Positions 13,201 through 25,200 of a DNA stretch of 64,000 bases are shown here, piece by piece (within the stretch, counting starts at the first letter, position 1; each line of letters begins with the position of its first letter). The notes beneath the pieces were generated by a model, which saw only the letters and a list, made by a program, of their open reading frames with translations, was not told the DNA's origin and made no database searches. This DNA is from Botryllus schlosseri (lineage: Eukaryota): positions 5,396,001-5,460,000 of the forward strand of contig CM119372.1 in the NCBI GenBank assembly GCA_051294905.1, written 5' to 3'. The translations under genes were made by a program, and so were the position numbers.

Positions 13201-16200
13201 CAACAATCGTAGCACAAAATATGACGTCACCAGCACGAAATGTCGAATACGAGAGCGTTCAATGTACTATTTTTAGATGATACACGAAATCTTTTTGACA
13301 CAGCCTTGGCTGGTGTATTTCGATAAATTTGACAAGCAAAATTTTGACAAGTGTACCACCCCGTTACAGTGACATACTCACCGATATTACTTGGTCGATA
13401 TCCGCCCTTTTTTCGACGTCGTCCTGCGACATATCGACCAGAAGCGACTCCAGCTCGTCTGACAGTTGCGGGGCTTCGTCTGCGCTCATTTCCCAATCAG
13501 CTGCTGACCAGAGCACCACCGACAAGCTGAACACCGACGACTGAAACCAAGATATTATGTGTAAAGTTAGTTGTCCGAAAGCTGTTGGTCTTTGCATTGA
13601 TGCAGACCGAGTTGTCCCTGAAGTAGCTTAACAGGCGTGACGGCTTTGTAGTCGCTCAAACGAGAGAGTGACATAAGAATAGACATTGCGTAATTATTAT
13701 GCAATTATCATAGTATGCACAATGCGTAGAATGTAGGGTTACCATCAGTGTTGCCAACTCCGGATGGAAGAAAATCGCTAAAACTGGTGTCAAAAATCGC
13801 TAGATGTCGCCAAATATTGAGAAAAAAGCGCTAAAAAATAGCGCTAAATCTACATTCATTGCTAAAGGTGTTAAATTGAACCATTATTTCAATGCATTCT
13901 TCTCAGCTATATTTCAGTCGTCTGGGGCCAAAGTCACTTACCATATTTTTAGTTCATAATACGTAATATAGTCATCTCTAAGCGGGACAAAACGAGTAGT
14001 GCATTTCGATAAAGCAGATCGCTTTGCGCAATGATCGCTATACGTGACTGCTGACCAGGTTTGCAGGCATAACCGCGGAAATGCGCTTGACTTCTTTTCT
14101 AAACTGTGTTGGAGTACTTGAACACGACATGCGACTTGACACACTTATACACGACATGCGACTTGACCCGACACTACACGACATGAACCGGGTTTGCCAG
14201 CCGCTATAAGTAGAGACATTGAGAAAATAATCTGAGGACCAGCCCGGGGTATGAAATGTAATTAATCTAGTCCTGAACCAAAGCCAGTGTCACACTGATT
14301 CCGACAACACGAACTAAATTCTTGTCAAGACAATGGAACGACCTCAAAGCAGCCCCCAAAGTCTGAAAATCGGCATTGATCAGAACAATCGCTGGACGAA
14401 ATTGGTCATTGTTATATTCAATGTGTTGCAGCGGTGCCATTGTTGGAGCAATGCCGGTTCTCAAACCTTTGCCGGCTCTCAAACCTTGAGGGCTATTTCG
14501 GGGTGCATGGTTCCATTGTCCGGACGAGACCCCACTTCGTATTCTCGAAATCACCGCGAAAACTATCTTTCGATCATGGCCAATTATATTAAATTTCAGC
14601 GCTCAGGTCGCCAGATGTAGCACTGCCAATTATGCTACTCAGCAAGAAGAGACACTCTTTGCCCATGCGTAACCGCGAGGAGTTGCGTATCTCTACTATC
14701 CAAAGTCACTCAACTATGACAAATCGTCCGAACGTATTTTCATGGAGCAAGAAATGTTCCACAACTTGATGTTATGTCAGCCAAAACTTATCTTTATTGG
14801 TTATTTCCGGTAAAAAAAAGCGCTAAATAATCGCTAAATACTTTTTCAAAAATCGCTAGATTCATCGCTAGGCGCTAGATCCATATTTTTTGGCGCTAAA
14901 CCGGATGAAAAATCGCTAGATCTAGCGCTAAAATCGCTAAATTGGCAACACTGGTTACCATACGTCCTCTTTTAAGAGGATTTGTCCTCTTTTTTGACTT
15001 TTTTGAAAGTGTCCTCGGAGGACGCCCTCTAGTCCTCTTTTTTGAAAATTTAGGTCAGATTTAGAGCAAATTGCGAGTGATATGCCGTAAATTAGGACAG
15101 AAGTGACGCTCCGGCGGGTATTTCGGACTGAAAAACGGTGATTTTAGCTCTGGGCGGAAAAAAGATCTTTTTTTTTTTTTAGTCATCCACCTAGCAATGC
15201 GGAAAGAAAAACGGTATTTTGAGCTCTGAGCGGAAGAGATGACCTTTTTTTTTTTTAGCCAACCGATCACAAAGTGGGAAAAATTCACGGGTTTTTGAGA
15301 ATTCTTCTCTGGTTTTGCAAGACTCAAATTTCTGAAAAAGTGTCCTCTTTTTAGATTTTCAAAATATGGTAAGCCTGGTAGAATGTGGTATTGTAAGCTT
15401 CATAACAGATATAGCGGCGTTAACTTAAGACCATATTATGTTGCCAGCAACTAGCAACTGTAACCACTTGCGAATTTTCAGTGAGATTGGCCGAGTGGCG
15501 GTGCCGCTAAAGCCAGGCACCGTGGTGGGCAAAGTCGTCACTCTGGCACGAGCCATCAAACCCCCAAATCAGGTGTTCTTGCCTACCAAAAAATGCACGA
15601 AATTCTTAATGGTAAGATAGAGATACCATATGTGCTCTTTTAAGAGGATTTGTCCTGTTTTTTCATTAAATCAAAAAGGTTCCCCGAGGATGCCCATATA
15701 CCCTTTGTTTTCGCAATTCGCAATTCTTTTTTGAGTGTAAGGCGACTATACAGAGATGACCAATAGAGGTCGACGCCTCCATAAAATACACGTGATAATT
15801 AGCTTTATCTGGAACTGGCAAATAAAAAGGTCCACTGTCCGCGGATGCCAGATTCGAGGTTTTTTTTAGTCAATCTACCGGGTGATCAGCATTTTCACCA
15901 TATTTTATAACATATTTCCCTCTTTTTGTAACTTGAAGAAAGTGTCCTCTATTTGGACCTTAAATATGGTAACCCTATGTAAGGTAACAATTGATGCATA
16001 AATATGATTGGCACAGGTTGCGTCCATGACTGCTGCTATATCCCCTAATGCAGTGCTATTCAAAGGTTTGGTTACAAAAGTACAATTAAATAAAACACGC
16101 ACTGATTACCTTGACAGTCGCCGGATGCCTTTTGTCGAGCACTTCCGGAGCGAGATACATATCGTCAACTTCCTCCGAGTTGGTGTCTTTGAACTCAACG

Positions 16201-19200
16201 CGGCCGTCTTTCCGCAAAAACGCGTTCTCCAGTGCAAGATATCTGAGAAATGGTTAGCAGTGTTGATTTAGGAGGTATTGTATGTAGACAGGGTTACCAT
16301 ACCGTGTTTATTTTTCAGATTTGTCCTTATTTCGAAGTGCTGTGTCTCAAAAAAAAAACGCACCATCCTTATTTCTAAGATTTGTCCTTATTTTGAAGTG
16401 CGGTGTCTCAAAAAAAACCACACCAGCCTTATTTCTAAGATTTGTCCTTATTTTGTCTTAGTTTTCGACACTGAGATCGTGACTATGATTAGACGAAAGT
16501 GATGACCATTTTTTAGCCATCATCTTACCACAAAGGGGTGTGAGTAGATGATATCAGGTGGCGATTGTACACTTTTTTAGTCACCAGTTCACAAATTTCA
16601 CGATTAAACTACTGGTTTTTGGTTGACGATAGTAACCCTGCAGGTAGGTCTGATTATTCAAAATTTCATGCCGGTGACGTCATATATTGCGATACGATTG
16701 TGAACATACAATGTTCTTTCCAATTCTCTACTAGTTGCTGACGATTATCTCCGACCAGTGTCAGCCGAAAATATTCGGGTTCATTTCAATATGAATACAC
16801 TATTCAACCGTAGGGTAATATTTTTTTAACAAACAAGATACTTTCAATATTTCATTTACACTACACGAAACCTTGGTTATCTGGATCTCGGCATCGAAAA
16901 ACATGTTGCTAATATTCACGGAGAGCCCTTGCTGTCAAGTAATGATAGAACCTCACAGTGGTCTCAAAGCGCTACGAAATGGTGATGGTCCAGAAAGAAG
17001 AAATTAATTCGGATGGCGTGTAAGTGGCAACATTTTGCGGCCGCGTAAAGGTACATACTCGAGCTTTTAAATTCATTAATACTGTTACAAAGTCATATTA
17101 GGCGGTACTGGGATATTCGATTCGAAGCTTAATACTCGGCTCGGAGTTGAATCCCCAGCCGATAATTGCATGGTTGAAAGTTTGTATAAATTTACATTAG
17201 CACGGATCATCACCAGGCTACAAGTTACGTCAGGAACATATTTACAAATATAGATTTGTGTAAACGACTCACTTTTTTACTGGCTTATTCTTTATGAAGT
17301 GCCCGGCCTGCTCACAAATAGCCCACAGCTCGTTCTCCGACAGCGCGGATTTCAGTATCGAGAGAGCGTTCTGTGAAGGCACTGTAAGTAATTGGAATTT
17401 CACAATAGAAACGGAGTGTTTCACCTTTAACGATATCCTGGGCACGTCGCCTCGGGCACTAAGAGCTGGCTCAGGAGCGGACTGTAATGTCTCAATCCTT
17501 TCGATTTCGGCCAGCTTCTGGTCGGGCGACACTACTGATGCGTCCTGAAGCTGAAATTGATAAGCAATTTTGATGTTGATGGTGGTAAGTGGAAATAAGA
17601 CATGGGACCAGCACCATTACAAATACACGAAACAGATTGAATAAAATCTGTAAATATAACCTTTCCCAATGACAAAAGTAGAAACATTTTGTTTTATCAA
17701 TATCCCAAGAGCTTCTTGGAGGTACATAGCTGCAATATACAATTGAATAATATATTCATATTGAAATAAACCCAAATATTTTCGGGTGACACTCGTCAGG
17801 GGTTATCGTCAGCAACTAGTAGAGAATTGGAAATATATTGAATATATTTTGCGATACGATTGTTGATATGCAATGTTCTTTCCAATTCTCTACTACGATT
17901 ACCCCTGAAGAGTGTCAGTCGAAAACGTTCGCCTGATGAAAACGAAGAGGAGTAACTTACAACTTGGCTATCAGACGCCAATTTCAGTTCGTCCTGCTCG
18001 GAAGCGTTAAATCCGACCGGGGCCATCTTTTCCGTGAACGAAAGCATTGCTTCTTGCAATTGCATAACCTTTGAAAACGAGCGCATGTGTTAACAAAACA
18101 GTTCCGACACCTGATCAGAATTAGCGGTCGCTTGTTACCCTAATCCTAACCATCACCTAACCCGAATATATTAATGCATATATACAATATACATATTCGG
18201 CGCTAGACTGTTGATAAACATAGTCCTTTTGAATTCTCTACTAGTTGCTGGCGACTACCTGTGACAAGTGTCAGCGTAAAATATTGGGTTTACTTCAATA
18301 GGAATATAAGAAGAGCTTCTTGGAGTTAGAGGTATAGAAATTAACTGTACAATTGAACAAAATATTCATATTGAAATGAACCTGAATATTTTCGGCTGAC
18401 ACTCGTCAGGGGTAATCGTCAGCAACTAGTAAAGAATTGGAAAGAACATTGTATATCAACAATCGTATCATAAAATATGACGTCACCAGCATGAAATTTA
18501 GAATTTAAGAGAGCGTTCAATGTACCATTTTTAGATGGTACACGAACTCCTTTTGTTGACACAGCCTTGGCTGGTTTATTTTGACGAAAGTTGACTGCAA
18601 GGCATGCGGTGTGCTCATAGGCTATTCAGTGAAATTTTCATTTTAGAATATATTAATACAATATTGATGCATCACTATCATAATAATAACAGTTATTACA
18701 TTTCTAAATACCAAATTCAACATGCCGAATTTATCAAGTGCGGTATATCATAATGCACTGATAACCGCGATCTCCAGTTACCTGTTCTTGCAAGACGTCG
18801 ATGGTCTCTCTCATTTTCACGTTTTCTTTACGAACGAGAGACGAATCGCCTACTTTTCCCTGCCCGGGTTCTTCTTCCGCAGAACTATGTGCCGGATTCC
18901 TACACGGAAACCAGAAACGCTCGGTGAAAAATCGACAACGGAGCCAACCGGAAATAAAACTCACCCCTCTCCGTCAGTGACCAGGGTGCCTCTGCCTTCG
19001 TCTGTGTCCTCCGCGGCTTGATCGCGTTTGCATTCCGTAACAGGCTTCTCGTCTCGGACTTCTTTCCAAGACGCGTCAGCAATTTTCTAAGAATAATGCC
19101 TTATCAACGCGATAATGCACGCGAGATCGAACAAAATTTTCGAAAAATGTTACTAAAAAGTGGGCAGTCCTTCAAAACTTTATTTTCTGTGAGCACAACT

Positions 19201-22200
19201 CTTTAAAAATTCAAGAGATACGTTAATTCACTTGGATTAAAAATTCACCGAGACACAAATGTAATAATCGCATAATTTTCCGAGTAGATTTGCGACAGGG
19301 GTTCCCGACCAGCCCTTTTCATGATAACATTTGATAAAATTTATCATCTCCAAAAACACTAGAACAGCAAACTAATTCCCTATCCAGATATTATCAGAGA
19401 AAAAATAAGCTCAAACATCACATTAACTGAATATGCCATAACTAATTAATGTATTGTTTGTGTATTATCATGACTCGAAACGAAATTTTCAAGTCAATTT
19501 CAAGTCATCAAGTAATCGGTATCGACATGTGTGAGCAACCAGTCATGTAACTGTTGTACACAGCCTCGTAAGTCAGTAAGTCACAAATAAATTGCCCCGA
19601 AACGAAGTGATTAAAGCTTTCGTTGTAGTATAGGCTACTACTAGTACAGTTCTACCAATAGTTCAGTGCTTTCGGCTCGGTGCTAATCTTAACGAACCCC
19701 TTGCATAATTTCAATCGGATAGATATATAGTGTTATACATCTATATTGCTCGTCAACAATTGGCACAGGCTTAAAGTGTGGGTAGGTGGGTGATGGATTG
19801 TGTACTGCATCATATCAATTGGTTTCAACTTTCTGAAGTTTTATGTTTTGTTTTCTATTTGTCGGACAGTTACCGACGTGGCCTAGTAGTTTTACGTATA
19901 TGCGAATCGTACAATGCCCCGTTGAATGTGTAATTAACCCGATATTCGCAACTCGATTAACAATTAATACTAAATCAATCTGTACTTCAACTGTCTTGCA
20001 AGATGCAATGGCTTGAATCTTGCCTCTAACTTTGTGACTTGACTTGACTCGAGTCAAAATATACAATGACTCGAAGGTATTGACTTGATCCCAACACTGG
20101 CCGAAGCTATATGTATGGAACCTACACCACAGCACAGACAAAGCAGCCTCTCTTACTTTCGGTGGAGCTGCTTTTTCGTCGGAAGAATCCGCAGAGTCCG
20201 AATCCTCGTCGTAATTCAAGGCGCCGCTCTCAGACAAACGTCGCGGAGAATTTGTTCGCAACACGCTGGCTTGAGAGGACGGATTCTTCGCGTTCGCCTT
20301 CTTAACGTTACGTCTCGGAGAGCTCGACTTACTCCTCGGTCGCCTTGTAACAAAGGAGCTCATAGCAGTCGGCGTTGGTACTCAAGTAGCGAGTAAAGAA
20401 GCAAAACCGTAAATTTCTATTCGTCACAAGCAGCAGCAGAGATATCTAAGACACGTCAAAACTAATTGCAGTAGGAAACAAAATTTACACGAATTCTTAA
20501 GAAAAAGCACTGTTTTGACATATCACTGCATTAAACAATCCGTTCTGCAAGTCATGAATATATTTCAACTTACCGGTCAGACCTTTTCCGACTTCTGTCG
20601 TCGACTTTATCGTCACCTGTTCGTTTCTGGACCATCCTAGAAATCCACCCGATACAATGACATGAGTGTGCTCTCAAAATTTCATTACATCATACCGTAA
20701 CTGCGACCAGATATATCGAATCGCTTCCGTTTGCAAGTCTCTCATTTTCTTCTCGGTATCCAGACGATCTTTCAAACTTTGCACTTCGTGACATAACACG
20801 CTGCGTTACGTTTGAAACGTATTCAATCGCGGACTTGTTAAAAAATGGCGATATCACGACACAAATCGTTTTGAATACCTTATGTATTGTTCCGCTCTTC
20901 TGGACCTCAATTCCTGACGAATCTCCACCACTTTAGGGTCTAGTTTCCTCGTCTTATACCCTCTCCATATTGCCTGCGATATTCGTTCATTAGAAGACTG
21001 TCACATATAGTAACGAGTGATCTTACTTGAATTTTAGTGGCCGCTTGTACGTGTTTCAAATCGACAGGCAGCTCTGATAACAGATAAACATCATTACACA
21101 GGTCGAAATTAAGGTTAAAATTAATAATGCGAGTCAAGTGTGGAGAGATGATTTCGTGAGTACTGAAATTATACGTTCCTTGCCAGTAAAAGTTGATTTA
21201 TCATCGAAAGTTATAGTTTTGAAGTGGTTGTATTTTCCACTGTGGTTGACTTGAAAATCCGTGGTGGGTTGCACTTATTTCTCACAGGAGTTGCGGTAAA
21301 AAGTTGCACTTAATTTTCACAAAAGTTGCACTAAAAAGTTGCATTTGTGGGCAAGTTCCTTGAAATTATGAGGGTATGAGATACCCGAATCGCTCCGTAT
21401 GCAAGGCACTGTAGCAAAACTTAATGTCGGTGACTTCAACAAAATCAACAGCCTGAAAAAATTGACTTGGTGAAATATAATTTTCGGCAGTCTGGCCTGA
21501 ATGTCCGTCAAACCAGAAAGGACCTCAAATCTAAACGGCAGTGAAATAATCAAGCGGCCTATTTACATATAGTGTCAAATATTTCCAGTAAAAAGTCGGT
21601 TGCGCAAAAAATCGAAAAAACTAGCAAAAAGTACTGCGTCATGATAGGCGATACTCGAATTCGAGCAGAAGCTTAAAAACTCAACTCGGAATCAAATACC
21701 GCAGGGACTCGATTTTGATCAGGCCTAGTCGGACATAAAGAAGAAGAGATTATACTTAGGGGAAGAGTTTGCAACTTTTTTTTACAGCTTCCGCCAGCTT
21801 CCTAAATACTCGTGTGATATGTAGAATGCTGCTTTAAGCTGTTCGAAGGAATCTTATAGTTCAACTTTTGTCCATTTTTTTTTTACATGCAACATTTTGC
21901 AACTTTGTAGATTTTGGTGATGTACACGGCCAAATTCAACTGAAATTCAGTAAAATAGCACTGAAGTAACGCTCTTACGGGTATTTCGGGAGCTGAGCCG
22001 GAAAGTTGACCTTTTTTTTTAGTCAATCAATAGAGAATGCGGACGGAAAACTGTATTTCGGAAGTGGAGCTGAGAAGTTGACCTTTTTTTTTAGTCAACC
22101 GAGCAAAATGTGGTCTTTTAGCGCAACTTTTTGTGAAAAAATAAATGCAACATTTTACTGCAACTTTTTTCAAAAATAAATGCAACTTTCCACGGATTTA

Positions 22201-25200
22201 ACTGCAACAAAAACTTGCTCTAATTATGACCAAAGTGGAAGTAACCATATCATGTTCAATATTGATTACCTTTCTTTTGCTCTGTTGGAAGTTTAGGCAA
22301 GGCGTCTTTCGGGCTACGACGTACAGGCACCGGTACTGGAACAAACCCGACAAAACGACATTATCAAATGTGAATTTCAACGAAGAATTCAGCCACTCAC
22401 TCATCGTGCCGTGCCGTTTTTGATTGGCTTCCACGTTACACTGTATCTTCGACGGCTGCTTGGTCACGCTGGTTTTTGGCCTGCCTTTACTGCAACAATT
22501 ATGGTAATCAGTTATAACAATGAAGCAGATATAAGCTATAGCTTATCAGTTTGTTAATAATATAGACCTTCATCGATTCAATATTCTGAATGATTGTAAC
22601 GTAAAAACTAAAAATAACCGTTTAAAGGACTTGCAGCTAACTGCCATCCAAATCTATCAAGTGCGAACGTACAAACACAAGCTTTTATTAGAAGAGCTTC
22701 TTGGAGGTACCACTGAATAGTATATTAATATTGAATATTTTCGGCTGACACTCGTCAGCCCGACGTCACTCGTTCAATTCTCTACTAGTTGCTGACGATT
22801 GCCTCTGACGAGTGTCAGCCGAAAATATTAGGGTTCATTTCACAATGACTAAGCTTCTATTAGCTATTATTAAACAAATTCTATCATTAGATAATACTAC
22901 CACACCCGCCTATAGGTCTAATACCACTTACTTTGCTGAAATAATGGTTGTCAACATGTGAACATGTGAACCAATGAAAAACACCACCAAAACTATCCCA
23001 ACCCTGAAATTGACCCTTACATCTATCGTAACCCCAACCCTAACCTAATCCTAATCTGACCCTAACCTGAAATTCAACCTGCATGCTCAAGTGTTAGATG
23101 CCCAATTGTCGCATGCTATTATGTAGCATGCTTAATACATTAAAATTGAGATTAATCCAACTTATGTTTCTGCACCATGTCATAATATAGAGTTCATGGC
23201 CTACTTTGGAGTTAGCGTACGTCACAACGGTGCGATGATATGGCCTACAACTCGTTTATGAACAGCAAATGTACAATAATTACAGCTGTGTTGAAACATG
23301 TACTACCGCAAATAAAGTCAGAATAATCTTACCTTGATGTTGGTTTCGGTGTAGGATACGGCACGACGGAATTGTGACTTCGTCGCAAGTAAGGCCTGGG
23401 ATAAGGTTTCGGAGGAGGGCAGTCCGAGTCTTGGTCCTGTTTTTCACCGTAAAGAGACTTTTTCAAGCCATCGTCGAGAGGTTTGATCGGTCTCATGTCG
23501 TACTCCTCGTACTTGGTAGGCAACGAGCAATCCAATTTCGAGTCTACGGCGAATAGGCAAGCGCAAATTCAGTTGCAAGAGGATTAGAGCAGTACTTTTC
23601 AAGCGCAGGCCCGCGCACCAGCGATGGTTAGTGTCAAATATACTGCCAACCAGCCATACCAACAGACAACAATATCATAGCTCGATTGCAAAATGCAAAA
23701 AGTTGAAGGGTTGGGAATTAAAGAAATGAAAGATAAAATTTTAAATTGATTCGAGAGACTCTTGGAGGTACAGAACTTCAACATCCAATTGATCAATACA
23801 TATTGAAATAAAATCTGATTTTCCCACATTATGTCGTAGCCTATTAGCTAGCCTACAACTAGTTCAAGACCAGTTGTACATGAAAGCTGAAAATCTAAAT
23901 TTTCGTCAAATCTGGACAGTACCATTTAGAGACATTTGGCAGTGTAAGAGAGGCTGCAAAAAGCAAAGTTCGCAGTTCTTTCAAAAGAAACTAAACAATC
24001 AGCCTTTAACGCCTCGCAGAAACTACAATAGAACCACACATAACATGTGTATCGTGAGAAAGGCAGCAGCAAAAAAACATCATCGAATCAAAGATTCCAA
24101 TGTTGGCCTTTGAGTTGTGTGCCGAAAAGGTAGAGAACCACTGAATTAGATAGAACATCCGCTCACCATCGCAAGGATGCAGAGGTTGAAAATCCGTGCT
24201 GTTCACCAACGTGTTCATTTCCGAACGTCGCAACGAAGCAGGCGAGGGCGTAAAATTTGCGGAAGCCGGCGCGTACACATTTTGAAATCCGGTCGAGTTC
24301 TCCAGAGAATCTCGCTCGGCTGGGCTGAGAGGATACTTTTTCGTGTACGCCCGCGCGACGATTGGATCGTAAACGTAACAGTATTTGTCGCCGCCGCCAG
24401 AAAAATCTGCGGTGCGGCGCAAATGCTCATTTGATGTGCGAATGGGGATATCAGATTTTCGGAAACCGTTATCGTGTGACCTGGATCCCTTTGGAATGTA
24501 CGACACGTCGTTGCCTGAAAGGAAGAACAGCGGAGTGCAATTAGCCGGATTCAGTCAGTGGTCAGTATCTAAGTACTTCAACTTTTATGGAGTAATCCAA
24601 GCGGGTTTCGACGGCTTTCACTCCTTAACTCAAGTGTTTATGATTTTACATCACTTCCACCTCTACCTAACAGATTTAAGCGGGGTTTAATGACTTGAGT
24701 CATGATTTTTTGGTGACTCGACTTGACTCAAGTCATTTTCTCAAATGCGTAAAATGACTCGACTTGAGTCAATTTGTACATTGACGAAATTGACTCGACT
24801 TGTTCTCAAGTCATTGTGCATGACTCGAATCAAGTCATATGACTCATGACTAGGACGGCCAAGACAGTCATGTCATTGTAACTTCTAGGAATAGTAAAGT
24901 CACCATATGATTGGTATTTCGTCTATTAGTCCTGATACTTGGAAAATAGAGCCAGAAATTGTTAAGACTGAGGAAGATTACGATATGATGAATGCAAGCC
25001 ATTCTATATCACTCGAGCAGAGTTCATTCACTTGGACTCGGACTTGACTCGAGTCAAAACTATAAAAGTGAGATTGACTTGTGACTCGGAACCTTGTGGC
25101 TTGTGACCAGCTGTGTAATTAGTCAATATGCATCACGGACATACATCTTGCAGCTTTTCGAAAAGTACTCACCTTCGATCAACTGCTAGACGTATGCGAC

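Larger units (their letters stand above)
12540..17445 (-). other. KIND (kinase non-catalytic C-lobe) domain exons
   Basis: ISLKNALSILKSALSENELWAICEQAG...YLALENAFLRKDGRVEF...YLAPEV...SSVFSLSVVLWSAADW...PQLSDELESLLVDMSQDDVEKRADIDQVISFCEDR matches the KIND pattern of Spire/KNDC1/PTPN13. Confidence 0.8.
8393..22845. repeat. Dispersed intronic ~130-250 bp repeat carrying a minimal hammerhead motif (about 12 motif copies; probably Penelope-like-element derived)
   Basis: Consensus ttgaatagtatattcatattgaaataaacccgaatattttcggctgacactcgtcaggggtaatcgtcagcaactagtagagaattg at ~8393-8655 (inverted pair), 10440-10560, 12768-12890, 13097-13330, 16680-16808, 17743-17930 (inverted pair), 18225-18310, 18352-18600, 22713-22845 (inverted pair). 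Confidence 0.85.

Noticed and set aside
8393..22845. CRISPR-like array interpretation of the recurring repeat
   Set aside because: Copies are dispersed, in both orientations and irregularly spaced within eukaryotic introns; no cas genes.
23030..23068. Telomere-like ccctaa repeats (also 18138-18165)
   Set aside because: Short and degenerate; such tracts are common inside invertebrate non-autonomous repeats, and nothing indicates a chromosome end.
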